A stretch of 64,000 bases of DNA from Waterburya sp. (GTDB lineage: Bacteria > Cyanobacteriota > Cyanobacteriia > Cyanobacteriales > Xenococcaceae), in the NCBI GenBank assembly GCA_965217895.1, contig CBDCJV010000002.1:2752001-2816000 (forward strand), in the 5' to 3' direction. The notes below the pieces were generated by a model. The model saw nothing but the letters and a program-made list of their open reading frames with translations. It ran no database searches and was not told the origin of the DNA. Both the position numbers and the translations under genes were made by a program. Below, piece by piece: positions 47,756 to 57,860 of this stretch; the first letter of the stretch is position 1, and each line of letters starts with the position of its first letter.

Positions 47756-49042
47756 ATGCGACAGTTACTAATTGAGGTAAAGCTTGGAAAAGGAAAGAAA
47801 ATTATAGAATTAGCCGAACAAAAGTTTCAGGGAGCTAACTTAAGTCAAACAGCAGCAAAGACCTCCAGAGGAGAGATCGATTTAGTAATAGCCTATATTC
47901 CCAACTCTCAGGTAGAGGAATTTCTTGGAGAATTAGAAGACTTTGAAGACCTTCACGTTACTTTAATTCCCCGTGGGGTAATGCCTCTCCAGCCTCCTGT
48001 GGATGAAGTTCCTGATAAAGTAATTGATGTTGAACCCAAAAGTCCCTTAGAAGTATTTCTAGCTGGTTTACAAAGTGTAGGCTCTTGGAAAGGTTTTATC
48101 GCTTATGCCATAGCTGGCGGAATTATTGTCTGGATTGGTTTGTATACCAACAGTAGCTTTCTTTTGGTGGCAGCAATGTTAATTGCTCCTTTTGCTGGTC
48201 CAGCGATGAACTTTGCGATCGCGACTGCTAGAGGAGACGGTTTATTACTCAAAAAAAGTTTAGTTCGCTATGTAAGTGCAATCTTGGTAACTGCTACGGT
48301 GACTTGTTTGCTGAGCTTAATTTTGAGTCAAGATCTAGCTTCTAATTCAATGGTAGAAAGTAGCAAGGTTTCTGCTGTGTCGGTTTTGCTACCTTTAGTT
48401 GGTGGTGCTGCGGGAGCTTTAAATTTAGTGCAGTCAGAACGGAGTAGTTTAGTTTCGGGGACGGCGGTAGGAATGCTGGTTGCTGCTGCTTTAGCACCGC
48501 CTGCGGGAACTCTAGGAATGGCAGTTGCTTTGGGGATGTGGAGTATGACCCTTAACTGTGGATTTCTTTTGATTTTGCAGTTAATAGGGATTAACCTAGC
48601 AGCGGCGATTGTTTTTCGTATCTATGGATTGTCCTCTCAAGGAGCGCGTTACAAACGAGGAAGCAAGTGGATTTTTCCCGTCACCTTAGCTATTACATCT
48701 ACGGTATTAGCCATTTTGTTGAGCGTGCAGTTTTCTCTTGACCCAAATTTGCAGCGTTCTAGTTTGGAACAGCGTGCTAATGCTGAGGTGCAGAAAGTTA
48801 TTAACAATAGCGACTTAGGTAAGTTAGTTAAATCTAACGTTAGTTTTACTAGAGCCGATATTAAAGATCAAAATACTTTGTTGTGTTTAATTTATGTCCA
48901 ACGTCCACGAAATATTAGCTTATCCGATCGACAAATAAGCGATCGCCTAACAGAAAAAGTTCAAAATAGTCTTATACAAAAGGATTTTAAGGCGACACCT
49001 TTAGTCAACATCAGCGTATTAAAACCGCCGAGGTCTAATTAA
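47756..49042 (+). CDS. DUF389 (TIGR00341-like) membrane protein
   Basis: AAMLIAPFAGP; GTAVGMLVAAALAPP. Confidence 0.85.
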   Translation: MRQLLIEVKLGKGKKIIELAEQKFQGANLSQTAAKTSRGEIDLVIAYIPNSQVEEFLGELEDFEDLHVTLIPRGVMPLQPPVDEVPDKVIDVEPKSPLEVFLAGLQSVGSWKGFIAYAIAGGIIVWIGLYTNSSFLLVAAMLIAPFAGPAMNFAIATARGDGLLLKKSLVRYVSAILVTATVTCLLSLILSQDLASNSMVESSKVSAVSVLLPLVGGAAGALNLVQSERSSLVSGTAVGMLVAAALAPPAGTLGMAVALGMWSMTLNCGFLLILQLIGINLAAAIVFRIYGLSSQGARYKRGSKWIFPVTLAITSTVLAILLSVQFSLDPNLQRSSLEQRANAEVQKVINNSDLGKLVKSNVSFTRADIKDQNTLLCLIYVQRPRNISLSDRQISDRLTEKVQNSLIQKDFKATPLVNISVLKPPRSN

Positions 49043-49208
49043 CGTCAATTCGGGTTAAGAACATTTATCTGTTGAGATAGCTATAGGCTATAAGCTTTAA
49101 GCCTTTGAAATATTTTTTCAACTAGCAAATTCTTAAATTCAAGCGCCAAAAGGCTTTCGTAGATTTCTTTATTTACAAGGGATTCAGCTTATCTCCAATT
49201 CACGTTAA
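49039..49208. mobile_element. MITE-like element family E
   Basis: TIRs TTAACGTCAATTCGGGTTAAG / CTTATCTCCAATTCACGTTAA; left end contains the DUF389 stop codon. Confidence 0.7.
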
Positions 49209-49647
49209 TTAAGAATTTGATTGTTTTGGTTTTAGAAAATTTCTACACCTACAATATTACAACCGATGATAGATATTTAAATTCGTTTTGTAATTCAAGA
49301 GATAGATTGATGTATCCCTAAAACAAGAGAATATATTTCTTATACCCGGCTTTATTTTCTAATCTAAAACCATAGCATAGGTATTTTGATTGAAAATGAT
49401 AAAAAAATGACAAAATATCAATTAATGATTAACCGAGGCTCAGTATTGTTATTAGCCTTAACTACGATTTTGATGGCGACAAAATATCAGAATACTCAAG
49501 AGAAGGATAATAACGCAACCAAAGAAATTGAGTTTTATCAAAAATGATTTTAAAAAACGTCTCGATACTACTGATATCTAATCTCAAAATAAACAGCCAG
49601 AAACTTATAAATACAAAAAAAGACAATCTATCTATACAAGTAAATTC

Positions 49648-50220
49648 ATGTACGAGCCATTAGAATCAAATAAAACTAATAATTTGCCCGATAAAAGCAA
49701 TTTCAGCCGTACTTTTCGCATTTTAAGCCGTATTAGCTACTGGATTCATTTGATTTTAGGGGTTATATCAGGAGTTACTTTACTACTGATTATTTTGAGC
49801 CGTAGCGCAACTAATAGTGGTACGGGAATTGGCATCTTTATCGCCGTGTTTAGCTTATTGGCTTTGGGTTTTAGAGTTTATTGGGCTTGGCGTTATCGTC
49901 AATTAGCTAAAAAATTGCAGCGAGTTAATCCTGATGTGCAACCTAGTAGAACAGAAATTATTGAAACGTTACGCATTGGACTTATAGCTAGTCTTATCGG
50001 ACTGTTATTGGCATTTGTAGCTTCAGAGATTAGCTTAGTGTCTTTGGTGGCAGGTGCGATCGCTCGTCCTCAAGGAGTTGCTGTTTACGAACGAGAACAG
50101 GTAATAAAGATTGCCGATCTACTTTTGGTTTTAGCGCAGTTAAATATTTTGGGCGCTCACTTTTTTGGTGCTGCTAATTCTTTAGGATTGCTTAGTTGGA
50201 TCTCAAAAGAAGAAGTCTAG
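49648..50220 (+). CDS. DUF3611 (Tic21-like) membrane protein
   Basis: ISYWIHLILGVISG; G.F.A; N...AHF.G...SL.LL. Confidence 0.8.
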   Translation: MYEPLESNKTNNLPDKSNFSRTFRILSRISYWIHLILGVISGVTLLLIILSRSATNSGTGIGIFIAVFSLLALGFRVYWAWRYRQLAKKLQRVNPDVQPSRTEIIETLRIGLIASLIGLLLAFVASEISLVSLVAGAIARPQGVAVYEREQVIKIADLLLVLAQLNILGAHFFGAANSLGLLSWISKEEV

Positions 50221-50250
50221 TTATATAAATTAATTTTAGTATTGTTGGTT

Positions 50251-51213
50251 ATGATTAAAAATCAAGAGTCTTCCCCAGCGGAATCGAGTTCTGCATCTAC
50301 AAAAACAAACTCAAACAGCAGCATCAAGAAAAAACTGCTTTGGGGTATTGCTGCTATTCCTTTGCTATTGATATTTTTAGTTGCTTGGGGTTTGATTGAG
50401 CCTTATATTTTAGATGATGAAGAAGAAAACGCAATCATTCCCAATCTTCCTACAGCTTGGTCAGGACAGAAAATTGGGCAGTTATCTGATTTTCAAGTAG
50501 GAATGTGGTGGGACAATGTTGATACTGTCGCTCAAAGCGTCAACAAACTAATTGAAGAACAACCCGCAGCAGTTTTTATTACAGGAGACTTTATTTATCA
50601 TGCCAACCCAGATCCAAATCCAGAAATCGATGAAGTAGCTGATCTGCTGAGTCCTTTAACTGAGGCTAACATTCCTACTTATGCCGTATTGGGTAATCAT
50701 GATTATGGAATTAACAACAGAGGCGCAAAGCCAGATACAAAATTAGCTGCACAATTAGAACAAGCATTGGAAAATATTGGAATTAAAGTATTAAACAATA
50801 AAGCAGTAAAAATGCCTCTGCAAAATAATGAATCTGATTTATACGTAGTCGGCATTGATTCCCATTGGGCAAATAAAGACCAAATCGAGCAAGCTTTGGC
50901 TCAATTACCTGATAATAGCCCAAGAGTAGTCTTAATGCACAATCCCGACTCTTTTAAGGCTTTTCCTGCTAATTCTGCTCCTTTTGCTATGGCAGGACAT
51001 ACCCATGGTGGACAAATTCGTCTCCCTTACTCACCCCAATGGTCATGGTTAGCTTTTGCAAAAGATAATCGAATTGTTGCAGATGGATGGGCAAAAGGTT
51101 ATGGAAATGCAGGAAATAAACTGTATATCAATCGCGGTATTGGTTTTAGTGATGTACCAATTAGAATTAATTGCGCTCCTGAAGTCACCTTTTTTACCCT
51201 AAAGTCAGATTAG
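50251..51213 (+). CDS. Membrane-anchored metallophosphoesterase
   Basis: SDFQ, TGD, GNHD, HNPD, GHTHGGQ, NRGIG. Confidence 0.9.
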   Translation: MIKNQESSPAESSSASTKTNSNSSIKKKLLWGIAAIPLLLIFLVAWGLIEPYILDDEEENAIIPNLPTAWSGQKIGQLSDFQVGMWWDNVDTVAQSVNKLIEEQPAAVFITGDFIYHANPDPNPEIDEVADLLSPLTEANIPTYAVLGNHDYGINNRGAKPDTKLAAQLEQALENIGIKVLNNKAVKMPLQNNESDLYVVGIDSHWANKDQIEQALAQLPDNSPRVVLMHNPDSFKAFPANSAPFAMAGHTHGGQIRLPYSPQWSWLAFAKDNRIVADGWAKGYGNAGNKLYINRGIGFSDVPIRINCAPEVTFFTLKSD

Positions 51214-51354
51214 TCATGAGTTTAACTTCAGGAAATTTCGATTGTTATTTATTTTCGTCTAAACTATTAGCAGAAGAACTCGATCATCAAATATGGCTTT
51301 TTTGATACCTTATAGCTTGATAAGTTAAATAAAATTTTTAGTAAAATTACTTTT

Positions 51355-51627
51355 ATGAGTTTACCAGAGGCAGACACCCCTTTATACAATCACACCTTAC
51401 CAAGTATCGAAGACTGGTTACGAAGTCAAGGGTGTAATCAAGATCGAGAAAATCTTCATTGCTGGTATCTTGACAAATTTGGTTGGAAAGCAGAAATTTG
51501 CTTAGATGTGGAAGAATTGACTGTACGCTATTACGATGCACAAGAGGCAAGTCAAAACCTTAGTCGTTCATTTAAATACTCTCTGAGTCGCCAAGATATT
51601 GAAGAGGCGGTTTTCTCAGGGCCATGA
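51355..51627 (+). CDS. DUF3143 family protein
   Basis: TPLYNH.LP.IE.WL..FKYSLSRQDIE.AVFSGP. Confidence 0.88.
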   Translation: MSLPEADTPLYNHTLPSIEDWLRSQGCNQDRENLHCWYLDKFGWKAEICLDVEELTVRYYDAQEASQNLSRSFKYSLSRQDIEEAVFSGP

Positions 51628-51751
51628 TTTTGATAGACAAAAATCTAATTTGTTAACGCTACTCACCACATTTGATTAATATTTCTCGAACATCGAAATA
51701 TTAGCAGGGATGCCAAAGATTCACACTAATGTTTTTAATTTGTCTTGCTGT

Positions 51752-51865
51752 TTATTCTGTAGCTTCATCTTTTAACACAGGAATATCGGCGGTGAACTCT
51801 GGAAAGACTTCAAAAGGATCGCGAGTATCGTATCCCAAGGCTTCCATAAAAGGCATAATAAAAAA
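51752..51865 (-). pseudogene. Fragment of an HsdR_N-like restriction endonuclease
   Basis: FIMPFMEALGYDTRDPFEVFPEFTADI..KDE then stop. Confidence 0.65.
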
Positions 51866-52101
51866 TTAAAGAATACACATATCTTAATAATGTTCTCAAA
51901 ACAATACCTGTCATACAGAACATTGAAATTCTGCGCTTAAAAAAAATTTTACGGCGAATAACATAGACAGGTGCAAATGCTGGTTGAAATCGCGATCGGT
52001 CTACAGCATAGACTCGCTATGCAATTTTGCAACTATCGAAAGTTTCCTTAACAATATTTCAAACAATAAATCTAATTTCTAGTTCCTAAGACTTAAAAAT
52101 T

Positions 52102-54996
52102 ATGAAAAATTCCCAAGAAAATCTAAGTCTAAATAATCCTATTGTCACAATTTTGGATGACGAAGATGATGGAAACCTAGCTCCCAATGACATTTCCCTA
52201 CGAGAGGCAATTGTCCATAGTCAAGATGGAAGTACAATTAGCTTCGACAACAGCCTGAAGAATAAAACTATTTTGCTGACTCGTGGCGAATTAAGTATTG
52301 ATAAAAATCTAACTATTCAAGGTTTTAATAATGGTCAACTGACTATTGACGGTAATAATAAAAGTTCAGTTTTCAATATTAATAATCTCGATAAATCTGT
52401 AGATGTAACTATAGATAATTTAACTATCACTGGTGGTAATGCGAGGAATCAAGACGGTAGCGGCATCCGAAATACGGAAAATTTAACTATCAATAACAGT
52501 ATCATTACTGGTAATTCTACAACTGGATCTGGCGGTGGTATATCTAATTTTGGATCTGTCACGACAATTAACAACAGCGTTATTAGTAATAATTCGGCAG
52601 CAGAGAGAGGCGGTGGTATAAATATTGATTTTCCATATACAGTCAATAACAATCCTGCCGTAATAATCAACAACAGTCTTATTAGTAATAATTCGGCAGC
52701 AGGGGGAGGTGGTGGAATTTACAACAATTCTGGTGGATTAAGGATTAATGATAGTACTATCGATCAAAATACGGCATCAGGCTCTGGAGGTGGTATTAAT
52801 TCCGATAGTACAACCAAAATAATTGATAGTACAATTAGCAACAATCAAGCAGATTCTGGAGCAGGTTTCAATTCTAGCGGATTTGATAGCGATAGTACCT
52901 TTATCAACAGCACTATTAGTGGTAATACTGCTAAGGTTAATGGTGGTGGTATTTTCGTAAGTACTGAATATGGTTATCACACTGTTACTAATAGCACCAT
53001 TACTAATAATTCGGCTCCAGATGGTGCAGGAATAGATCAAAGTTCAGCTATTGCAAATATTACCAGCAGCATCATTGCAGGCAACGTAGATAACAATGAT
53101 GTAAATGGTGCAGGTATCATCTCTGGAGGTAATAACCTAATTGGCAATGGCGATGGTGCGCCAGATTTTGTCAATCTATTCAATGGCGATCTTGTCGGTA
53201 CTGCCAATAAGCCAATAGATCCTCAACTAGGTGAGTTAAAGGATAATGGTGGAAATACTTTTACCCATGCTCTGTTACCTGAAAGTATCGCGATTAATAC
53301 AGGTAGCAACCCTGAAAAACTAACTACCGATCAACGAGGAAAAGGGTTTGAGCGTGTTTTGTTTGATGCTTCTGATATTGGAGCTTTTGAAGCCGATACC
53401 GACTCAATTTACGATCTGCCATTTCTGCCGCCAGAGCCAACATCAAGGATAGTAACAACTCTAGATGATGAAGATGATGGTGATTTGAGTGCCGATGATA
53501 TTTCCCTGCGAGAAGCAATTCTAGAGAGCAATCCTGGAGATACCATTACTTTCGATCCTCGTCTCAGTGATGGCAAGATAACTCTAACTTTAGGAGAATT
53601 AGCAGTAGACAAAAGCCTGAACATTACTGGTTTGGGTGCAGATAAGTTAACCATAGATGCTGATAATAAAAGTCGAGTATTTAGTGTAGATAATGGTTCT
53701 GATACTGATGTTGATGTGGCGATCGCCAAACTAACTATTACTGGCGCAAATGCTGGCGAAGAAGGAGGCGGGGGGATTGATAATCACGAAAATCTGACAG
53801 TTAATCAATCAATTATTAGCGGTAATTCAGCTAAATACGGCGGTGGTGTATTAACGAATGACTTTGCCACAACAACTATTAATAATTCCACTATTAAGGA
53901 TAATTCGGCTGACAGTATCGGTGGTGGTGTGTCGAATCTCTCATCTTATACTATTATTAATAACTCTACTATTAGCGGTAATTCCACCAAAGGAAAAGGT
54001 GGAAGAGGTGGCGGTATTTCTAGCGCCAGTTCCGAGGGTGGGACAACCACAGTTAACAACTCTACTATTAGTGGTAATATTGCCAATGAAGTTGGTGGCG
54101 GTATTGATGCTTTTGATACCCGTTTAGAAGTTACCAATAGTACAATTACTGATAATACTGCTAAGAATAGTCGTAATTTTACTGGAGGTAATGGTAGTGG
54201 AGTTTCTGTTGATTTTGCAATCGGTACTTTTACTAGCAGTATTATTGCTGGCAATGCTGAGAATGATGATTTTACTAGCGGTGGAAATATAACTAGTGGT
54301 GGTAACAATCTAATTGGCAATGGCGAAAATACAGAAGCTTTTCAAGATGGCGTTAATCAAGATATCGTTGGTACTGCTGATGCTCCTGTTAAACCTCGCT
54401 TAGGTGAGTTAAAAGATAATGGTGGTCTTACCTTAACTTATGCTCTACTTCCCGACTCTTTAGCAATTAATGTAGGAAGCAATCCTGAAGAATTTACCAC
54501 CGATCAACGAGGATTAGAACGTTCAATTCAACAAACTGATATTGGTGCTTATGAAGTTCAATCAGGGTCAATTGATTTTGCCAATCTTAAGATTATTGAT
54601 GGCGATATAAATGATAATACGTTGACTGGTACTACTAAGAGAAATATCCTGAACGGTAAGGGTGGCAATGATACTTTAAACGGTGGTCAACAGTTTGATC
54701 GCCTTAATGGTGGCGATGGCGATGATGTTTTGATCGGTAAAGGAGGAATTGATGTTCTACTTGGTGAGGAAGGAGAGGATCTGTTTTATCTAGAAAATAT
54801 AAAAGGAAGTCTCGATTGGATTCGTGATTTTGAACTTAATCAAGATCGCCTTGGTTTAGCTGATAACATTACCTACGATGAACTGGAAATTAGTGGTAGA
54901 GTTAATAGCTTTATTAGTTATCAAGGTAAAGAGTTGGCAGTGGTGCTAGGTGTTAGTCCAAGCCAACTGACCATCGACCAGTTTAAAGAACTATAG
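52102..54996 (+). CDS. Large extracellular protein: two CSLREA-like/beta-helix/choice-of-anchor-Q modules plus RTX Ca-binding C-terminus
   Basis: Duplicated V.TLDDEDDG.L...DISLREAI; GGGI..NSTIS.N repeats; LGELKDNGG.T.T.ALLP.S.AI..TDQRG; GGxGxD nonapeptides. Confidence 0.88.
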   Translation: MKNSQENLSLNNPIVTILDDEDDGNLAPNDISLREAIVHSQDGSTISFDNSLKNKTILLTRGELSIDKNLTIQGFNNGQLTIDGNNKSSVFNINNLDKSVDVTIDNLTITGGNARNQDGSGIRNTENLTINNSIITGNSTTGSGGGISNFGSVTTINNSVISNNSAAERGGGINIDFPYTVNNNPAVIINNSLISNNSAAGGGGGIYNNSGGLRINDSTIDQNTASGSGGGINSDSTTKIIDSTISNNQADSGAGFNSSGFDSDSTFINSTISGNTAKVNGGGIFVSTEYGYHTVTNSTITNNSAPDGAGIDQSSAIANITSSIIAGNVDNNDVNGAGIISGGNNLIGNGDGAPDFVNLFNGDLVGTANKPIDPQLGELKDNGGNTFTHALLPESIAINTGSNPEKLTTDQRGKGFERVLFDASDIGAFEADTDSIYDLPFLPPEPTSRIVTTLDDEDDGDLSADDISLREAILESNPGDTITFDPRLSDGKITLTLGELAVDKSLNITGLGADKLTIDADNKSRVFSVDNGSDTDVDVAIAKLTITGANAGEEGGGGIDNHENLTVNQSIISGNSAKYGGGVLTNDFATTTINNSTIKDNSADSIGGGVSNLSSYTIINNSTISGNSTKGKGGRGGGISSASSEGGTTTVNNSTISGNIANEVGGGIDAFDTRLEVTNSTITDNTAKNSRNFTGGNGSGVSVDFAIGTFTSSIIAGNAENDDFTSGGNITSGGNNLIGNGENTEAFQDGVNQDIVGTADAPVKPRLGELKDNGGLTLTYALLPDSLAINVGSNPEEFTTDQRGLERSIQQTDIGAYEVQSGSIDFANLKIIDGDINDNTLTGTTKRNILNGKGGNDTLNGGQQFDRLNGGDGDDVLIGKGGIDVLLGEEGEDLFYLENIKGSLDWIRDFELNQDRLGLADNITYDELEISGRVNSFISYQGKELAVVLGVSPSQLTIDQFKEL

Positions 54997-55036
54997 ACTA
55001 AAAAGCCGATTCTGATTCGACTTACTAAATAATATT

Positions 55037-55070
55037 AAAGAAAAGAGCGATCGCGATCGCTCTTTTCTTT
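55037..55070. terminator. Perfect 34-bp palindrome with two overlapping HIP1 sites, likely terminator
   Basis: AAAGAAAAGAGCGATCGCGATCGCTCTTTTCTTT. Confidence 0.7.
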
Positions 55071-55139
55071 TGCGATCTAGCAAGCAAACTCAAGTTAAAA
55101 TAAACCTTAAAGCTATTTTTTGCGTTTAGGTAATTACCA

Positions 55140-56417
55140 ATGAATCCTGCTCTATCTCAATTTGGTTCGCAGATGTCTCAACTAACGGGAGTCAGAGCAA
55201 TCATGAAAGACATTATTGAAACCTTGAGCAATAGTGCAGGCAAAGAATTTATTAATCTTAGTGCAGGTAATCCTGTAATTTTGCCTGAAGTTGAACAGCT
55301 ATGGCGCGACTGTACCCAAGAATTGTTGGATAGTGATGAATACGGCGAAGTGGTTTGTCGTTATGGTTCATCTCAAGGCTATGCACCTTTAATTGACGCA
55401 GTAATTAACGATTTTAATGCTCGTTATGACTTAAACTTGAGCGATCGCAATATTCTGATTACAGGTGGTTCTCAGGCTCTATATCTCTATGCTGCTAATG
55501 CTTTTGGTGGCTATACCGCATCAGGAGAACTAAAGCAGGTTGTTCTACCTCTTAGTCCCGACTATACAGGCTATGGTGGCGTTAGTTTAACTCCAGAGGC
55601 GTTACTGGCATATAAACCCAATTTAGAAATCGACGAAGACAAACATCGGTTTAAATATCGTCCTGATTTTAGCCAACTGCAAATCAATGAGCAAACTGGC
55701 TGTGTAATTTTTTCTCGTCCCTGCAACCCTACAGGAAACGTAATCAGCGATGAAGAAGTAGCTAAAATAGCTGCCTTGGCTGCCAAACTAGATGTTCCTG
55801 TATTTATCGACTCTGCTTACGCACCGCCTTTTCCTGCCTTAAACTTTACAGAGATGACTCCCCAGTTTGGCGAGAATATTATTCACTGTATGAGCTTATC
55901 CAAAGCAGGATTACCAGGGGAGAGAATTGGTATTGCTATTGGCGATCCTCAACTGATTCAAATATTAGAATCTTTTCAAACAAATGCCTGTATACATTCT
56001 TCCCGCTATGGACAGGCGATCGCCGCTAGGGCGATCGCCTCTGGTAAACTAGCTAATATTGCCACAGATGTTATTCGTCCTCACTATCAGCGCAAAATCG
56101 AAGTTTTAGCCAATACTCTCGATGCCGCTATGCCCCAAGACATTCCTTGGTATCTTCATCAGGGAGAAGGAGCAATTTTTGCCTGGCTATGGCTTAAGGA
56201 TTTGCCGATGACAGACTGGGAATTTTATCAACAATTAAAAGCGGTGGGAGTGATTGCTGTACCTGGAAGTAGCTTTTTTCCTGGCTTAAAAGCAGATTGG
56301 CAACACAAGCAACAGTGTTTACGAATCAGCCTAACTGCAACCGAAACCGAAATAGCCGAAGCAATGCAGCGTTTAGCCAAAGTTGCTAGAAATGTTTATC
56401 AAACAGCGACAGTTTAA
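55140..56417 (+). CDS. avtA: Valine-pyruvate aminotransferase
   Basis: LSAGNP, SRPCNPTGNV, DSAYAPPFP, SLSKAGLPGERIG. Confidence 0.93.
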   Translation: MNPALSQFGSQMSQLTGVRAIMKDIIETLSNSAGKEFINLSAGNPVILPEVEQLWRDCTQELLDSDEYGEVVCRYGSSQGYAPLIDAVINDFNARYDLNLSDRNILITGGSQALYLYAANAFGGYTASGELKQVVLPLSPDYTGYGGVSLTPEALLAYKPNLEIDEDKHRFKYRPDFSQLQINEQTGCVIFSRPCNPTGNVISDEEVAKIAALAAKLDVPVFIDSAYAPPFPALNFTEMTPQFGENIIHCMSLSKAGLPGERIGIAIGDPQLIQILESFQTNACIHSSRYGQAIAARAIASGKLANIATDVIRPHYQRKIEVLANTLDAAMPQDIPWYLHQGEGAIFAWLWLKDLPMTDWEFYQQLKAVGVIAVPGSSFFPGLKADWQHKQQCLRISLTATETEIAEAMQRLAKVARNVYQTATV

Positions 56418-56431
56418 ATTAAGTATCAATA

Positions 56432-57091
56432 ATGAACAATCCCGAATTAACCATCAACCAAGAAATAGAATGGTTAGAAGTAGGAACTATCACCTCGCCT
56501 CAAGGTTTAAAAGGAGAGTTACGGGTATATCCAGACTCCGATTTTCCTGAACGTTTTACTAAAGCAGGTACTCGTTGGCTCAAACATCCTCAGACTTCGG
56601 CGATTACAGAAGTCCAGTTGCGAGGAGGCAGATACATTGCGGGCAAAAACCTGTATGTAATTAAATTAGAGGGAATAGAAGATCGCAGCCAAGCTGATGA
56701 ACTACGGGATTATAAACTGCTGGTGGATAAAAGCGATCGCCCAAAACTAAAGGCAGATGAGTATCATGTTGCTGATTTAGTCGGTTTAGAAGTCTATCAC
56801 CAAGAAACAGGGGAAAATATAGGAGTAGTTGTCGATCTGTATACAGCAGGGAATGATTTATTAGAAATCCAGCTACACCAACAGCCAGATACTAAAGCCA
56901 AAAGCGATCGGGATTTGTCTGAGATTAGCCGACGCAGCAAACGCAAAAAATACAGACCAAAATCGTCAAAACCTGTTACTGTTTTTGTTCCCTTTGTCAA
57001 AGAAATAGTTCCCGTAGTCGATCTTGACAACCAACGTCTAGAAATAACTCCACCTGATGGCTTGTTAAATATACACGAGTCCATAAGTTGA
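56432..57091 (+). CDS. rimM: Ribosome maturation factor RimM
   Basis: VGTITSPQGLKGE, EYHVADLVGL, PFVKEIVP. Confidence 0.95.
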   Translation: MNNPELTINQEIEWLEVGTITSPQGLKGELRVYPDSDFPERFTKAGTRWLKHPQTSAITEVQLRGGRYIAGKNLYVIKLEGIEDRSQADELRDYKLLVDKSDRPKLKADEYHVADLVGLEVYHQETGENIGVVVDLYTAGNDLLEIQLHQQPDTKAKSDRDLSEISRRSKRKKYRPKSSKPVTVFVPFVKEIVPVVDLDNQRLEITPPDGLLNIHESIS

Positions 57092-57124
57092 AAACACTTT
57101 GAGTTTTCTATCTAATGAATGAAG

Positions 57125-57601
57125 TTAAGCTTCAATATTTAGATGAAGAATATAAGAACCCAACTGAATTTTTGCTGACCATATTTCATATTCAAGGCGT
57201 AAATTTTTAGGAAAAGGATCGCTATTTACTTTCAAGTAACGGGTAAAATTACGAAAACGTAAGGAGTGACTGGGTTGTTCGGGATCGCTATTCAAACAGT
57301 ATCGACTCACGCCATACACTCCTCTTTCCCAAAAGTGTCGATAGCTCAACTTTCCTCGACTCTGCATGGTCATCACTACTCGATAAGGAGAGATTTCTAG
57401 CCAGAACAATCCTTGAGCGGATTCACTTTGATGATTAACAAAAGGCGAAGTAGAATGAGGCAGTTTTTGCTGGTCTAATAATAAATGAAATCTTTCTCGA
57501 TCTTTTTGGTATAACGATGCAGTTGCTTCAATTACATTCCAGATTGGTAAATCTGTGGAAATTAGGGAAAGAGAAACAGTTTGGTAGCGATTAACTTGCA
57601 T
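57125..57601 (-). CDS. Conserved cyanobacterial hypothetical protein
   Basis: 158 aa; WLEISPYRVVMTMQ..SYRHFWE.G.YG.SRY. Confidence 0.75.
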   Translation of the reverse strand: MQVNRYQTVSLSLISTDLPIWNVIEATASLYQKDRERFHLLLDQQKLPHSTSPFVNHQSESAQGLFWLEISPYRVVMTMQSRGKLSYRHFWERGVYGVSRYCLNSDPEQPSHSLRFRNFTRYLKVNSDPFPKNLRLEYEIWSAKIQLGSYILHLNIEA

Positions 57602-57746
57602 GAGGAGAATATCTAGTAGCTAAAGCTCACTTTCTTTCTAGGATATACTTAACCAGAAGCAAATCGGTAGACTCAAAATTAGTTTGCTGGGAAAACTTGC
57701 TAATTGTAAGAGTATTCGTTATTATTGCTAATGGTTACTAAAGCAA

Positions 57747-57818
57747 TCCTCAGTAGCTCAGTGGCAGAGCGGTCGACTGTTAATCGATTGGTCGTAGGTT
57801 CAAATCCTACCTGGGGAG
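57747..57818 (+). tRNA. tRNA-Asn (GTT)
   Basis: Cloverleaf TCCTCAG..CTGGGGA; anticodon loop CTGTTAA; TTCAAAT T-loop. Confidence 0.97.
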
Positions 57819-57860
57819 TATCATCTGCATATAATCGCGCATTCGCTACAGAAAATGGTT

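Noticed and set aside
52449..54320. Several antisense and alternate-frame ORFs in the RTX gene, and similar shadow ORFs in other genes
   Set aside because: Fully overlap confident genes; explained by codon bias.
56870..56975. Basic insertion in RimM
   Set aside because: Variable insertions at this position are common in cyanobacterial RimM.
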